Assembly: GCA_013239625.1 (NCBI GenBank)
Contig: MU053482.1
Location: forward strand, 4,115,922-4,179,921
Length of the DNA: 64,000 nt
Origin: Lama guanicoe
Taxonomy: Eukaryota
Reading direction: 5' to 3'
Positions 48,641 through 62,610 of this stretch are shown here, piece by piece. The number at the start of each line of letters is the position of its first letter. Positions within the stretch are counted from its first letter, which is position 1. The notes beneath the pieces are model-generated. The model was given only the letters and a program-made list of their open reading frames with translations, made no database searches and was not told where the DNA came from. The position numbers were made by a program, and so were the translations under genes.

Positions 48641-49164
48641 AAATCAAAAACAAAAAAACAAAAACCTTTGCTATTCTGGGCTTATCAGTTCCCATCAACT
48701 GTGAGGAACTGGAGGAGTGTTGGGAAACCTGGGGGAAAGGCCATAGAGGGGGTAGACCTGAAGCCTTGGTTTTAGTAGACAGATTTCCAAGAGTGGGTGG
48801 GAAAAAGAGCTGTGATTTCATGGAGCTTTAGATGGCAGCCCCTGGAACCAAAATTCTGCTGGTATAACTAGCGATTATCCAAAACAGGAAGAATACAGAA
48901 AATCTAGAAAAATCGGACCCTGGGGAAACCTTAAGGGGGCTTTTACTTTTAAAAGAGTGTGTAGAGAAAATAGAAAAGAGATTAAACATTTCTGCTGATT
49001 GGGATCTGTAAGAACAGAGTGAAGAAGATGAGTAAGAAGGAGCATGAGACTGGGGCCAAGGGCATATTGCATGAGGCAACCAAGAGAAACTGGCTCCTCC
49101 ACCTCCATTCTGCAGCTCACCTCTGTGCCCGCAAGAATAATGCTCCAGCTGAAGGAAGAGGAAG

Positions 49165-49755
49165 GAAATTAACATTTATTAAATAACCGCTCTGTTCCCG
49201 TGCTAAACTGCTCCACACATTATAGGCATTATTAAATCTTCAAAACAATCCTGAAGGAGCTATTGGGATTTGCATTTTATAGATGAGAAAACTGAGGTGT
49301 TGAGCAATGTGCCCAAGATTGCATACTTGATAAGCTGCAGAGGCTGGATTCAAATCGGTAGATGTCTTTCTCCAAAGTGAATTCCTCCCATGCCCACTGC
49401 CTTCTCTCCGTAAATCTTGGCGGTCGTGGCACGGACCCCTGCCCTGGGCATTACCACTTCGGCCAGCTATGCCTGAGCTCACTGGGCAGCAGGTTGAAGT
49501 GGAGGAAGGAATAAACAGTTACCATAGGAAACGCTGACTGTAGGCCAGTAAATACTTCTGAAGCACTCTCTGCAACTAACTCACTCACTCCTCACAACAA
49601 GCTCATAGTGAAGCTTGTTTTAAATCATTTTCTCTGTTTTAAGAATGAGAAAATTGAAGTGCAGAGGCATCAGGGTAAGTCATCGGCTTATAAATGGCAA
49701 GATCAGATTTTGAACACAAGGAGTCAGTCTTTAGTTCTGGATGTTTACTAGCCAG
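49165..49755 (-). mobile_element. Two MIR SINEs (about 49165-49385 and 49515-49755)
   Basis: cattttatagatgagaaaactgagg...gctggattcaaatc; ttttaagaatgagaaaattgaagtgcagag. Confidence 0.65.
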
Positions 49756-51824
49756 GGTAGGTATGGCATGAATCCCACCCCAGGAGGCTGACAGCCAACC
49801 ACAGCTGAAAACTCCAACAGAGGGAATTCACCAGAGAACGTGGCTCATCTACCTGGACCAGGGGTCAGGGGCTTGGTCACATGAGAAAAACAAGAACTTA
49901 GTTACGAAAAGCAGCATCCAGCAAACAAATAGGCATCACCTGTCACTGTCATCCCCCGATTTATTCCAGGGGCTTGCTTCATTCAGTACAATGGGAAGGG
50001 GAGAAAGGGACAGAGTCCAGATGAGACCCATGATGGTGAGGACCTGGGGATGCACTGTATTTGGCACCTGGGTAGAGTCCCCAGACTTCAGCCTTGGATC
50101 CCATTTCCATTATTAAATATACTTCTCACTCCTGGCTTTGATGTCACTAGGAAAATTTCTGCTGTCACCAGGCTAATCTTGACCCAAATTGGCTGAGGGT
50201 CATGAAATAGGCTTGGAGTAGGTCATGTCCAGTTCTTGTTCTATTTCTTGCCAGTCTCTCTCTATTGGAATCATGTCATGACTATACACTACTGAGTTAC
50301 TGATCAAGAGAGCTATAAACTTCTCTGAATTTGGACCAGAATTGGCTCCAGTGTCAGGAGTGGGATAAATGTCTTTAATAGGTGGAGTTAGGCTGGGGCA
50401 GGAACAGAGATGGTTCTTGGACACAGGACACAGGGAGGCAGCAGTGAGCAGAGGCAATAGCTAGAGTCCAGTTGTGGAAGATGCAGAATGCAGACTGAGC
50501 TGTCTGGCTTTGAGCTGTCATGTAATAAGGAGCTACGGAACAGTTCTGAACAATAGCATAACGTCATCACAGATTTCCGGCAAGATCCTTCCAGAGATTG
50601 GTGTATATTCTGGGAGGCAGGAAGACACAGACTGGAGTGGGCAGGGCAGGGGTGGGGGCAAGAAGGCAGCTATATTGGTCTTGGAGATGACCAACAGGGC
50701 CCAAGAATTCCCACAAACCAAACCTTAAAGCCACTGAAAGTTTTCACTGTACACTTCAGGTCCTTCTTCACTTTTGCTTGTCTGACTCCTAATTTCAAGT
50801 CTCAGAAAGTTCTCCTTTCCTCTACAAAACCTCACCAAGCCCCCAGAAACTAGGTTGGATGCCTTCCCCTGACACCCCAGTGTTTCCTTGTCTACCCCTC
50901 ACACTAGACGGTAAGCTCCTTGGGGGCTGTGCCCATATATGCTCAGTTATAGCTCTGGTGCCTAGCACTGAACTTGGCCTGGAGAATGCAATCCAGGGAA
51001 GCTTTTTGAAAAGAAGAACAAATGTTTTGCTCCTGTCTCTGGGAGGGGGCTGGGGGAAGCTCATCCACATCACACGAATACTTTCTATTGCTTCTATCAA
51101 AACACTCAAGGGACCATTAGCAGAACTGGACAGCTGTCCACATTTCTCCATGGAGCCAGTTTAAAATACATCCAGACACCACCCCTCCATCCTTAAATTG
51201 CTGAAATTAAGATCATGGGAAGTAAACAGTATGACAGATCAGTCTGACTCTCTGAAAGGATCACTAACTGACCCACTGCAGGTCTCCAAACCCCTTACAG
51301 TCAGGGGGAAGGGTGCTTCCGGATCCTCTGCGATCTAGAAAAGAATCAGGAAATCATGATGTGTGTGACCTCAGAAATTCCAGGCCTGGCAGTTCAGAGC
51401 ACAAAGAATATAATGCTCTTCCTAAATGAGAAACAAACAAATAAACACACAAACTCGGATCAGCCTCCTGAATGTGGCAAATGAACGTGATCTTTGATGC
51501 TTTGGTGGGGAAGCCAAGTGCAGGCTCAGGCTACTGGGGGAGATCCCTGCGGGTCTGGTGCTGGGCAGCACAGTCAAGCTGGCCTGCTCGCAGCGCCCTG
51601 TTCTGAGGCTCAGGCCCCCGTCCTGACTGTGCTGCCTGCCCCTTGTGACGAGTGCCGAGGCTGGCGGGGGCCCCTCCAACTCCCCCTTTAACATTCTGGA
51701 CCTAAAACACATCTTCTAGGAACAAGAATACTAGGGTCCCTCTACTAGAAAATAGTCCTTTCTGGCATTTTGATCAAACTTTTCACTTCTATGTGGTTAA
51801 TATCACCATTTAAAGTAGTAAACA

Positions 51825-51953
51825 AGACACAGGGAAAAAAATGTGACAATGAATATATGTATGTTCATGTATAACTGAAAAATTGTGCTCTACGCTGGAA
51901 TTTGACACAACATTGTAAACTGACTACAACTCAATAAAAAAAAGTTAAAAAAA
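51825..51953 (+). mobile_element. Short camelid-type L1 3' end with perfect 14-bp TSD
   Basis: gtgacaatgaatatatg...aaaattgtgct...tggaatttgacacaacattgtaaa...caataaaaaaaag. TSD taaagtagtaaaca at 51811-51824 and 51954-51967, at a TTT/AAAG site resembling an L1-endonuclease target. Confidence 0.93.
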
Positions 51954-52004
51954 TAAAGTAGTAAACAGAGAGGGGACAGGTTGCTTTGCATATGATAGGA
52001 AAAG

Positions 52005-52340
52005 CACAATAAGTAAACTACTATGGGAACCTACTGTGTGCCAGGCGCTGTCTAAGCACTGAAGAGACATAGTCCCTGGTCTCAAGGACTTCTCAGCCCA
52101 AAGGGAGGAACATATGACAAGAGAGAAATAGGGCTCCATTCTAAATGGGAAGTACTACGATAGAGGCAAGGACGTATAGCTCAGGGAACTCCCAGAACTA
52201 ACTCTTGGCGAGAGTAAAGGAGGGCTTCACAGAAAAAGTGGCATCTCAGTTGGGCTTTGAGGGATGAAGAGAAGTTTGCCATGTAGATAAAGATGAGACT
52301 ATCCTTCTAGTTAAAGTAATGGTGTGGACCACAGTATGAC
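52005..52340 (-). mobile_element. L2 LINE 3' fragment
   Basis: cctactgtgtgccaggcgctgtctaagcactg...gtccctggtctcaagga...ggagggcttcacagaaaaagtggcatct. Confidence 0.65.
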
Positions 52341-53489
52341 ATGGGTGTTCATATTGAGTAAATCAAAAGTCATCACAGGTAGCTGGCATGGAATTCTTCA
52401 CATAAAGAAGAATTAGGCTGAAAAACTGGAAAGCAAATAGTAAGGCAATAGAAGAATCACGCAAGCATGATTTATTTTATATCGCCTTGGGAACGCTACC
52501 CTTCAGCGTGTTTATAGAACATAGATTGCCTTTAAATGACGCAGCCCGGTGGAATTAGATTTCTCTCCCCCTTGTCTGTGAAATGTAAGCAACACATTCA
52601 ATATTCTCAGGGAAAATAACTATTGTCATCGGGGGCGTAGGCATGTTTTAATCTGCGATGACAGTTTGTCTTGAATCATAAGCTGCTTGTATCTTATGGA
52701 ATCAGGCTTTGATGGTGGGCGGCCTCCTCTGATCCGCTGCTGTGCCAAGCGGAACTTCAAAACAACGGAAGGCAAAATAACGAGCTCCCTTTGTCAAGGT
52801 GCCCACGGGCTTCTGTGTAGTGCCTGGAGTCACGTGAGATGCAGGACATCGCCACAGCTCTCACCGGGAAGGATTTCACACGGCATTACCCCAGGGCCTA
52901 AGTCCTCCTCTTCGTGGAGAGCACCAGCATCCCCAAAACTCTTTGGGGAACTATAAGTCTCAGTCCTTTTCCAAGCCTGAAGTGTGACATCATGATGCAC
53001 CTGTCTTGCAGCTTCAGACAGAACCAGAGACTGTGGGAGGGAAACGGGAAGATGTAAAGGCTTCTTGTAGTGCTGCTGGCATCTGACGAGGAGCCTCAGG
53101 TGTCCCCGTGGGCCCTGGGGATGGTGTGATGCTTGTTTTTCTTTGGAGTTAGCACAGCTCTGGGAGGTGGGTGCCTCTCTTTTCCCTGCTCTGGGCTTTC
53201 CCCTAAAGAAAGTGAGCCTTGGAATCAGGAAGACATGGTGGTCAATTAGAAAGAATCGTGCTCTCCTTAGGGCAGAAGGGATGACAGTGCTCAAACATGG
53301 CATGGAGGACGTCATAGGACATGGGGCTAGAAGCCAGGGCCTGGACAGTGGACGGGGATGCAGGAAGCCAAGGCGCACCTGTAATCAAGCACTTGACCTT
53401 GAACTTCAGACATCCTTCCCAGAGCATCTCACAGGAAGGGCCTTCAACAGTCAGTTTATCCAATCCTTCATTGCTGTGTGACTCTCTCA

Positions 53490-53960
53490 CACCATATTAC
53501 TGATAAGGAGTTCCTGCTCTGCTTGATTATCTCCTGCCCTTGGGAACTCAGTACCTCACAAAGCAGCTCATTCTGCTGTTCAATGGCTCTGGCTGAGAGA
53601 AAATGCTTCCTCAAGTAGAGAAGACCCACTGGTCCCAAGTTTTGCCCTGGCAAGCTCTGCTACAAGCCAGTCTTTTTGGCACATGAAGCTGCTTTGGATA
53701 TTCGGGGTCTTCCCTTCTGGAAGCTGAACACGGCCAGGTCTTTCAACCATCCTTAGGCATCTCTTCTGGTCCCGGGGAGGTTAGATCACATTTTCCTCCC
53801 TCTGGAAGAAGTCCCCACCTGAAGTCTTAGTACAGAGCCATACCTCCTCCTCCCCCGCTGTCTGCTAAGGTGCAGAAAGGCTCTGGTCTGGGCTAGTGTC
53901 CAGCAGACAGCAGCCTTGTCTCACCCTGAGCTGTGCTGAGAACTCTGCTGACCGCTGAGC
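53490..53960 (-). mobile_element. L3/CR1 LINE 3' fossil
   Basis: Minus-strand peptide RKHFLSARAIEQQNELLCEVLSSQGQEIIKQ (ORF 53468..53653) resembles the CR1 ORF2 C-terminus 'RK-F-T-R-V--WN-LP-EVV--PSLE-FK'. Confidence 0.6.
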
Positions 53961-56900
53961 CCACTGTCACCCCGGCCAGGTATGGGTGAGAGTGCTGACA
54001 GTCTGAGGTCTGGTGGACACAATGCTTCATGCTGACCACCATCCTTCAGTCCCGTTGCTGTGGACAGTCAAGAGAGAACCGTGCCCTGCCACCAGCAGCT
54101 GTACCTACTGCCCACCAGAAGGGTAGGGGACTCTGCCCCTGACTCCCGGCCCCTGTTCCCAGGGAACAGTGTGCTCGGGGCAGGATCCAGGAAACCACAT
54201 TCCGAGTCCCTTCCAGGCAGCCTGCCTATTTCCAAGGAACCGGAGCTCAGAGATGCCAGGAAGATGATGAGCTGATGCTGGGCCACTTGCCTGGCAGCAG
54301 GAGAAGAGCACTTCCATTTCTAATCAGCTCCCAGAGAGGCGGGGTTTTCCTTCTGGAAAGGAGCAAGTGTCAAGAGGAGTGGATGCATGCACAGCACAGA
54401 GCCCATTATCTCTGCTCCAGGAAATGGGGAGGGCATTGATCACCCGATTCCCCAGGGAGCCCTGGGCTGCCCTGTGCCCGCCTCTGCCTGCACCCTCTAT
54501 CTGCAGATGGGCCAGGCAAGTGACTAGATCAGCTGCTTCAACTCAGACACTTTTATTCCTGCACCCACCCCAGGGGACAAGCAGTGCTTGGGAAATATGG
54601 GAAGGCAGCGGGGACAAGAACAGAAGCTAAAAGCACAGAAAGGGTGGCATGAGCTTGGAACCTGAAGGACTTAAGAATCAGACAGCAGCCAGAGGAGTGG
54701 GCTGAACATTTGATGCTGGAGACTTAAGGAGAGTCTGACTCTACAGAATCAGGGCTCCACCCAAACCCAACCCAGTTCTTCTGAAATTCTACCTCCCACA
54801 ACCAGATTCTCATTCAAGTGTGACTCTGCCTTTTCTCAGCTCTAATCACAACCTAACTGACTTCACCTTGACCTTCATCTCCTGTTGACCCCAACCATCA
54901 CTCTCACTACCAACCCTGTCCAGACCCTGACCCTACCCTGGCGACTCCACCGGCCACGACTTCACCATCACCCTGGCCTCACCTTGGACATGCCCCAGCC
55001 ACACCTAACCCAGCCCTCGGCAGACCCTGACTCTACTCCCAGCCCTGGCCTGATTCAGAGGGTGAGGATAGAAGGGGTCCCACTTAGAACTGGGGGACAG
55101 ACTCAGCCACCAAACTGCTTTGCTGTGCTGTTTCTCCTTTCTACCCCCACCCTCCCCACACCGGTACACTTCACAGGGCCCAGACGCCTTTGTGTTCTTC
55201 AGAGAAGTTTAAACAAGAAAAAGCCTGACTTGGCTACTTGTCATTTTTGCTTCCTGAGTCAGGGGAACTTGGCTGCAGGCACTGGCTGTCACTTGCATTT
55301 CCGTCCGTTCTGTGTGGGGAAAACGGGAGGAGCTGTGGGGGATGCAGATGGTCGGGCAGGGTGGATGCAGGGGACTACCTTGTCTTCCGTTCCCTTCCCT
55401 TGCTTCAGTTTGCTAGGTTAGGAAGGAGACATGGGAGGAAATCACTGCATCTTTGTTTAAAAATCATTTGGTTTTTGGTTCCAATTGTGTTTAAATTGTT
55501 CTTAAGACAAAACTAAGACTATGGTTAATGCCTCAGCAGAGACCAGTTAAATATAGCCTTTTCAAAGTGAATTTGAAATGGCCAGACTTTGGAAGGAATG
55601 AGGCAAAAGTGAAGAGGTTAAGTCTTCCTGCTTGGGGTGGGGGTGGGGCCTTAACGGGGTGGAGAGGGCTTGCATGCATGATGCCTGGATTTGGGGTTTC
55701 TTCCTCCTCAAGCCACACAGCGTGGTTTTTTTCAGGATTTAGAGCAGAGAGATCCATATGGAAGCAAGAGGGCTCTTTGCTGGGCGTCCAGTCTCCAAGG
55801 TCTGCAGAACAGAAGAGGATAATATTTTCTCCATAGGAAAATTAGAGAGAAGCAATGAAGGAAACCAAAGGAGGAAGCCCTCTAAGGGCCCCTCTTACTC
55901 AGTCTATGAGCTGGAAAATGTCTTCTCAGTGCCCAGAGCTATCAGAGCAGGGAGAGAAAGTTAGCATTTCCCCGAGAGTGAACTAACTCAAGATGAATAA
56001 AGTTGCGATGGAAAAGAGTTCTATTTCGCAAGGAAGAAATATGACTTCCACCTGAGTCAAAGGGTGTGTCTCTTTTATTCTATGGCTTAGACTCCTACAT
56101 GTCTGTCTTTCTCTGTGCAGGCAGCTTTACTGATGCACTAGTCCTAACCCAATTTTTAGTTCATTCAATGTGGTGCTTTACAATGAGCAGAGCATCAACA
56201 GTCCCATCAGGGCAGAAGCCTAGTATCTCATTCCACAGAGGTTTCCACCAGAGAGATCGGAAAGTCCCAATGAGCCACGGGTAGCCAAACATTTCCCTAT
56301 AGCATGTCTTCCTATTATGACTTACTGTGAATCACTGTGTAACTTCTGTTGTCATTTTAATAAAAATCACATCTACTAGAGAAATAAGCAGGTCATGAAG
56401 TTTAAAATAATGGCCACTATTTACTGAGTACCTACTACAGGCCAAGCATCTAGGCTGGATTAGCAGCTTCTGAGTTTATTGCAAAAAAGTCTCCTTCATT
56501 AAGTAAGAGCATAATTCTATGGTGTCCACAGCTCCCATGACATAAGATTTTCCTGAGCTCAGCGATTTACTGTGCCTTTTCTGATTTTCCATGCTGGCAT
56601 CTGGGGACAACTATCAAATTGCAGGTAAAGGTGGAAACATTCCATCTCCATAGGGCTAACATTTTATACTAAGTACACTAAGAGCTGGTAAACATCATGA
56701 AACCCTGGTATTTCCAGTCCCATTTCTCCCTCCAAAGTCACTTCCACAAATGATCCAGTATCTATGAGCTATTTCCGCCACTTTGCAAGGAAGGGGTGGT
56801 TCCAGGTGTGACAGGGGTGCAATCGAGGCAAAATTGAACACGAGGGGGCCTGGGGTTAAAATGCCATAGAAGTTGGGGTAGAATACAAAAATAACTTCAG

Positions 56901-59900
56901 AACATGGCCAAAGCCGTATTCTAGAAGGACAACCATCAAAGCTAAGGTGAAAATCAGAATTCATGGAGGATGCTCAAGCTAAGAAGGGGCAGCTGAAGAG
57001 AAAGGACATGAGAGCTTCACACATGGCCCAGGGTCATCCTTTCGCCCCGTGGGTGATCCTACCACTTCCCAGAAGCCCAGAGCCTGGTCCCCATGGGTGC
57101 AGGTCTTCAGGTTCTTCCCAAGAGAGTGAACCCAGGAGGAGTATTATCCCTGGGATCTGTGCAGAAGTGAGGTTCCTGGGGCCAGGCTGGACCAGGAGGG
57201 GGACTTACCGAGGACAGCCTCCTAATCAGAGTCAAGGAGGGAAGCAAACTCAGCGTCAAGGTGCTGAGCCTACCTAGAGGTGAGTCAACAGCTTCTCCAG
57301 CCTGGGAGCTGGGGACAGGTTACAACTCTACCCATGCAGTGGGCTGAGGCCCAGGGTTCGGGCCCCGCTGCATGGGACGGCAGTGTGAGGGGCTGGCTGC
57401 GGACCACAGGGCATGGCTTTCAGGGCTGGCATCCAGCCAGCAGTCACCTCCTTTTGTCATCATACGGCTTTCTGACAGACCAGATAAGGGGCTGGGGCTG
57501 AGTAGCTAAAAGCATCCTCCACTCAGATCAGCAAATTGTCCCTTGAAGAAACAGACCAGGCAACGTCTGCAATGAAGAGGCAGTTAGGGGAGCTGCCGTC
57601 CCCTGACAGTAGCTGCCCCCAAGTCATAACCTGTGCCCCTCCACATGTCTCTGCTCTGCAGAACTACAGGGAAAGAGCAAAGGCCACCGGGCTTCTGCTC
57701 CGTTTATTACTACTCAGAAATAGCACTGCAGAGCTTTCTCAAAGTCAGCTACACGAGGTAGCCAGCCAGTGCTGCAAGGTAATTTATGGGACAGGAGAGA
57801 AGATCCTCCTGTGACTGCCGTGATGCAGAGAACACTGCAGGACAAGGGAAGCACAGAGCTTTATCTGCCCACTGAACTTAACAAACCTCAGAGGAGGGCA
57901 AAATGGAAGAAGAAACATGGCCAAACAGAGGTTTACTACTAAAGGAAAAGGGACCAAATCCCCCAGGAATGTGAGCAGCATGAATGAAAAGCTGGAAGCC
58001 ACACATGGCTCCAGAGAAGAGAAAGAAGGAGCCTGGTGAGAACTCCAAATTGTTCCCATTGGATGCACTGAGCGGACGCCCCACCTCCACCACTGACTAC
58101 TTGAACAAACGTGTCCTGGGCATCCCATGGCAGACACAGCATCTAAGGCATGGTGTGTGGCCTCAAGGAATGTTGTCTCAATGGCCAGCTCACAGAGCAC
58201 CCAAGACCTATACGGAGAAGACCCTGGAAGGAGGTGTCCAGCATGAGGAGCATCCGTGTGCTAAGTCGGACTCTCCTAAGAGTCACCATCTCTTTGGGGT
58301 CCCCCATCGTGACTTCTACTCTCCCAGTTAACAAAATGTTTTTTGAATAAATGAAGAGAGCCCAACCCCTCACACACTGTGTAGAAGGCTGGCGAGGTTC
58401 CCATGTCCACATTACAGGCACGAGAGAGGTGTAACGTTGCTGTGTTCTAGCACTGATCTGACATGCTGACAGTCCCTAATGGGCCCAAATTCGTTTCCAC
58501 AGCTTCCCCTGTCCTTATCCACTGACCATGAGCTCCTTGAGGGCAAGGGCTGGATACACATAACCAAGAAGGTGGCACAGTGCCTGGCTCAGAGCAGGGT
58601 TCTGTGAAGGAAACTCCTGATTTTGCTCATTTACAAACTAGGTTCCTAGACGGCTCTCAAGGCAGACACACAAATCCAGACAATCTGGCTTCAGATGGGC
58701 AAAACAGCAATGTCCCACAAACAAATTCTCATCCTAATCACCAGGTCTGCCATTTTTGACATTTTGACATTTTGAGGTATCAGTATGGATTTTTAGGGGG
58801 AAGACGTCTTTAATTAAAAACAGCCCTGGTACCACAGGCTGAAGGTGAAACCAGCATTTCTTCCAAATGTTACTAACAGTCCTCCCTCCCTTGCTGAGGT
58901 GCTAGCAGCGGGGCCAAAGCTCTCTGTCCTGCCTCCCACAGCGCCCCACTCCCCAACCTCCAGCTGCTGGCTCACAGGGGCAGTCAGAATGCCCTTCTCA
59001 TGGGCTCCCTGCTGGCTCAGGACCAGCAGCCTCATCTCCTGCGAAAGAAGCCTAGTTGGTCCCCAGGTTCCTGGAACTTGGGCTCCCCAAGGGCCATCTG
59101 CAACCCCTGCCCTTCCCCAGGGCAAGCTCAGTGGCCTGAAGGGCCCGAGTAGGCCCTCTTCCCTCAGTCTGGTCTGGCTGAAGGGCAAGGCCTGGGAAAA
59201 AGCTCCGGGCATCACCTGGCTACAACCCAGGGCTTCTCAGCCCTCTCTCTCCACCTTGGCCTGGCCTTTATTTGCATGACAAGGTGCTCTGGGAGAGCCC
59301 AGCTCCCTCTCTGCCCACACCCGTCCCAGTTCTGCAGTCTCCCAGTCACCAGGGGCAGCTCCACGCAGGAATCTCAGATTGCAGCCCTTCCTAAAGACAG
59401 TCACCCCACCACGAACTGCATTTCATTCTGCACTGACCTGGACTGTAGCTTTGTCCCTAAATCGCTGTGTGAGACTTTGAACAAGGCACTCCCCATCTCT
59501 GGGCCTCAATTTCTCATCTGAAAAATAAAGGCACTGGACTAAGCAGGTCCTCTGCTCTCCGTCTCTGGGGGCTGACTCCTGATGAGCACCTAGTCTCTAT
59601 TTGTCTGAGGTCCTCCATCCCTCCTGCATACAGAGATTAACACCCGCTGACAAGTACACGACTAAGCCTTAAACTCCGTCCAAACAGCTAGAAGTTAAAC
59701 TTTAAGCCGACCTGCACGATGAGAGTTAGGTCCCGAGGCACTGTGAGCTGGGACTGCGTGCAAGGCGCCTGGCCTCCTCCACCCCCTCCCCACCCTCTCT
59801 GAGTCCTCTCTGTGCCCCAGGGGCCGACCTGTGGGGAGATCAGAGGGAAAGCGGCTGTTCCCCCAGCATCTCCCTGTGGGGTCCCCTTCCGCACCAAAAG

Positions 59901-61249
59901 GTCAGCTCCTCTCAGGGGCCCTTCAGCTCCAGCCGGTTCGGGTTCCCTTTTGTCTTCTTCCCCTCTGGGCCTGAGGTGAGAGAAATGCCTGCTGTTTCCA
60001 GCCCCAAGGTCTTGCGTTATCTCTCACAGCTTCCCTACACCATACCCACAGCTTTGCAAATAATCTATTATTCAACTCTCCTCAAATTCTCCAGTTTGGA
60101 AGTGCCACCTGCTTCCTGCCAGGACGCTGCAGTTAGCAGTTAGGGGACTCTAGATCTTATCCTGCAGTCAGGGGACGGAGAGCCATATGGAAAACAGGAG
60201 GACGGAACAGTAAGTTCAGCAATGAGGCCTTTGAAAGCCCCAAGTCACGTCCTTACCTTCATTATACTCAAATAATAGACCGCAAATGGAATAAAGAGAC
60301 CATCAGCAGAACTTTTACGTATCTTAAATGAGTAATCACTGGCACTGTCTAATTAATTTCCATTTACCAACCTTTGTTCGCTAGAACTTTTCCCAGATTC
60401 CTCTCCCCTGCAGTTTTCAATGACACGCATGGAATTTTGTTTCGCTCTGTTGCCGAGAATACGCACAGTGTGGCATTTCCCCCTTGCCTGGCGTTCCAGT
60501 TAAATGATCCCTCACTGTCTAGTTTTATGGCTCCGAGCCGGAGGCTCCTGCCTCCTGTCTTATCATCACTTCAGAAATGCAGCAGCACTTGATGTTTTAG
60601 GTGAAATGGCCTGAGCAGCCCTAACCCAGGCTGCTGGCCTCATGGAGACGCTCTTACTCAAGCCCTCCTCAATACACACAGGAGGCACGCAGGTGGCCCC
60701 CTCCACTGCAGCTCCCCACTGGGGAGCCAGGGGCACTGGAAATGGCAGAGCCTGAGTGGTTCCGGGAGAGGGTGCGGTGGGGGGGGGGACAGCTCAGTTT
60801 CCTTTATCTTTCCCAAGGTCATGCTGCCAAAACCTCTTCACCCTCTCTGTCTTTTGCCTTACCTTATTTTTCCTTGTCCCAATTTCCAGTTCTTTCTCTT
60901 TTTTTCTTTTTTTTTTGCTGATACCTACCCACAGGGAGTGACTTGAATATATAAGGAGTGAAATCCACAAAATAGAGGGAAATGCTTGTAGAAATAAATC
61001 CTTGCTTAGCTGAATTTCACAAAAGACGTTTTTGTGTTTCTTTTTAGGCCTCCTGACTCTAGCCCACCTCTGGGCTCACATGGGGAACTCAATTCATTCT
61101 AACTGAGACATCTATCTATGGAGAAACAGCCGTCTGGTTGGTCAGAGGATCCGGTTTAGCACGGAAAGTCTCAGGCACCCTGGGAGGGTTGGTCGACTTC
61201 ACACCCACCTGGCCTGGTACTGCTGCCACATCTCACACATCTGGCACTT

Positions 61250-61700
61250 TTAGACAAGGTTCTCTAAAAGCAGAGCCCGAGACGGGGATCCTTGAGGAAG
61301 TGCTTCAACAGAGCACCAGCTCTCAGACTCTCCAGAGATTCCCATAAGGGAGTGAGGGAAGTAGGTTTGGCAGGGGAAGAAGCTGGGCCAAGGCTAAGTT
61401 CAGCTGCAAGCTATGGTCAGTCTGCTCCATCAGGGAGCGCTGGAGCCTAATGGCACCTCAGAGTTATTCTCTCTTGGGGCAAGGGATGAGTTTTAGACAC
61501 TAATATCAATCCAGCACTCATTCTGAGCCATCCTCAGAGGACAGGCATAATCTCCCAGGCATTTCTGGGTGAGGGAGCTCTCAACAGAGAAAACAATTTC
61601 AAGAAGAAGGGTGCAGCTCTAAGCTACCAGCTGCCTGGAGGAAGGAGGATCAGCCAGTAAAGGGGATCTGGAGGGCAGGGCTCCAACAGCGTCCACAATG
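61250..61700 (-). mobile_element. ERVL solo LTR (LTR33-like)
   Basis: ggttctctaaaagcagagcccgagacgggga...agggagtgagggaagtagg...gggatctggaggg...caacagcgtccaca. Confidence 0.6.
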
Positions 61701-62140
61701 CAGACCCAGGCTTCAGCCTGATATCCGACCTGCAGAGGGAGTGCCCTCAGGACCTGGTGCCAGTTGAGCTGCAGCTTCCTTCCTGCCTCCCCGCAGCACA
61801 TTCAGGCCTTACAAGTGTGGTTCTACGTCAGTTTTCTGGTTTGCGCTCTTGGAGCTGACCTGAGATCCTTCTTGGCTGGGGCCAGACCTCCTACTATTTT
61901 GCCAACATTTTGCCAAAGTTTTTCCCAGAGACTGCACCTTATCCTTGTTTTCTCAGGCCTGGCTGGGATTGTGCTTCAAAACTCCTCTACCCTGGTCTTG
62001 GCTTGGGTGATAGCTTCAACCTGCTACAGAGATTCCAACATGCCTTGCAGCTTGGTCAGTGAAGAGCTGAAAAGAGTCAGTATCGTGGGTTTTTAGAAAT
62101 GCAGTTCTTAAAAGTATCAAAACATATGCATCCTGGCCCT

Positions 62141-62610
62141 TGTGGCACATGCTGTAGATGCTCCACCTGTTTCCCTGGAGACCATCCTTTCAAAGTGCCC
62201 CCCCCCAACTAAGTGACAGAACATTTACCTCAAGGATCTATTCAAAGCCACAGAAGGCTGCTCTGTCCCAGCACATGGAAGACTGAAGTGCTAGAAATTA
62301 ACACTCCTTGAAAGCAGCCCTGAACCAATGACTAAGGTGAGCTAGCATATCAATACCCCAGCTCCCTCACTTCTCAGGGTCGATCATTCTGGAGGCATGT
62401 GTTTTACACCACTTCCCAGAGTTTCCCGGTAGGTTTAAGCTCCAACTGTCTGCACTGGCACTTGACCTGATAATATACTCTTATTAGCTGCTTCCCGTCC
62501 TTGTCTTAACTCCCCTCCCTACTGGTATATCTTGAACTTCCTAAATAAACTACTTCCTACTGAATCCTTGTCTCAGGGTCTGATCCTGGGGGAACAGTGT
62601 CTCCAAGACA
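62141..62610 (+). mobile_element. ERVL solo LTR (LTR16A-like)
   Basis: tgtggca...gcagccctgaaccaatgact...aataccccagctccctcac...cctaaataaactactt...gaatccttgtctcagggtctg...aagaca. Confidence 0.75.
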
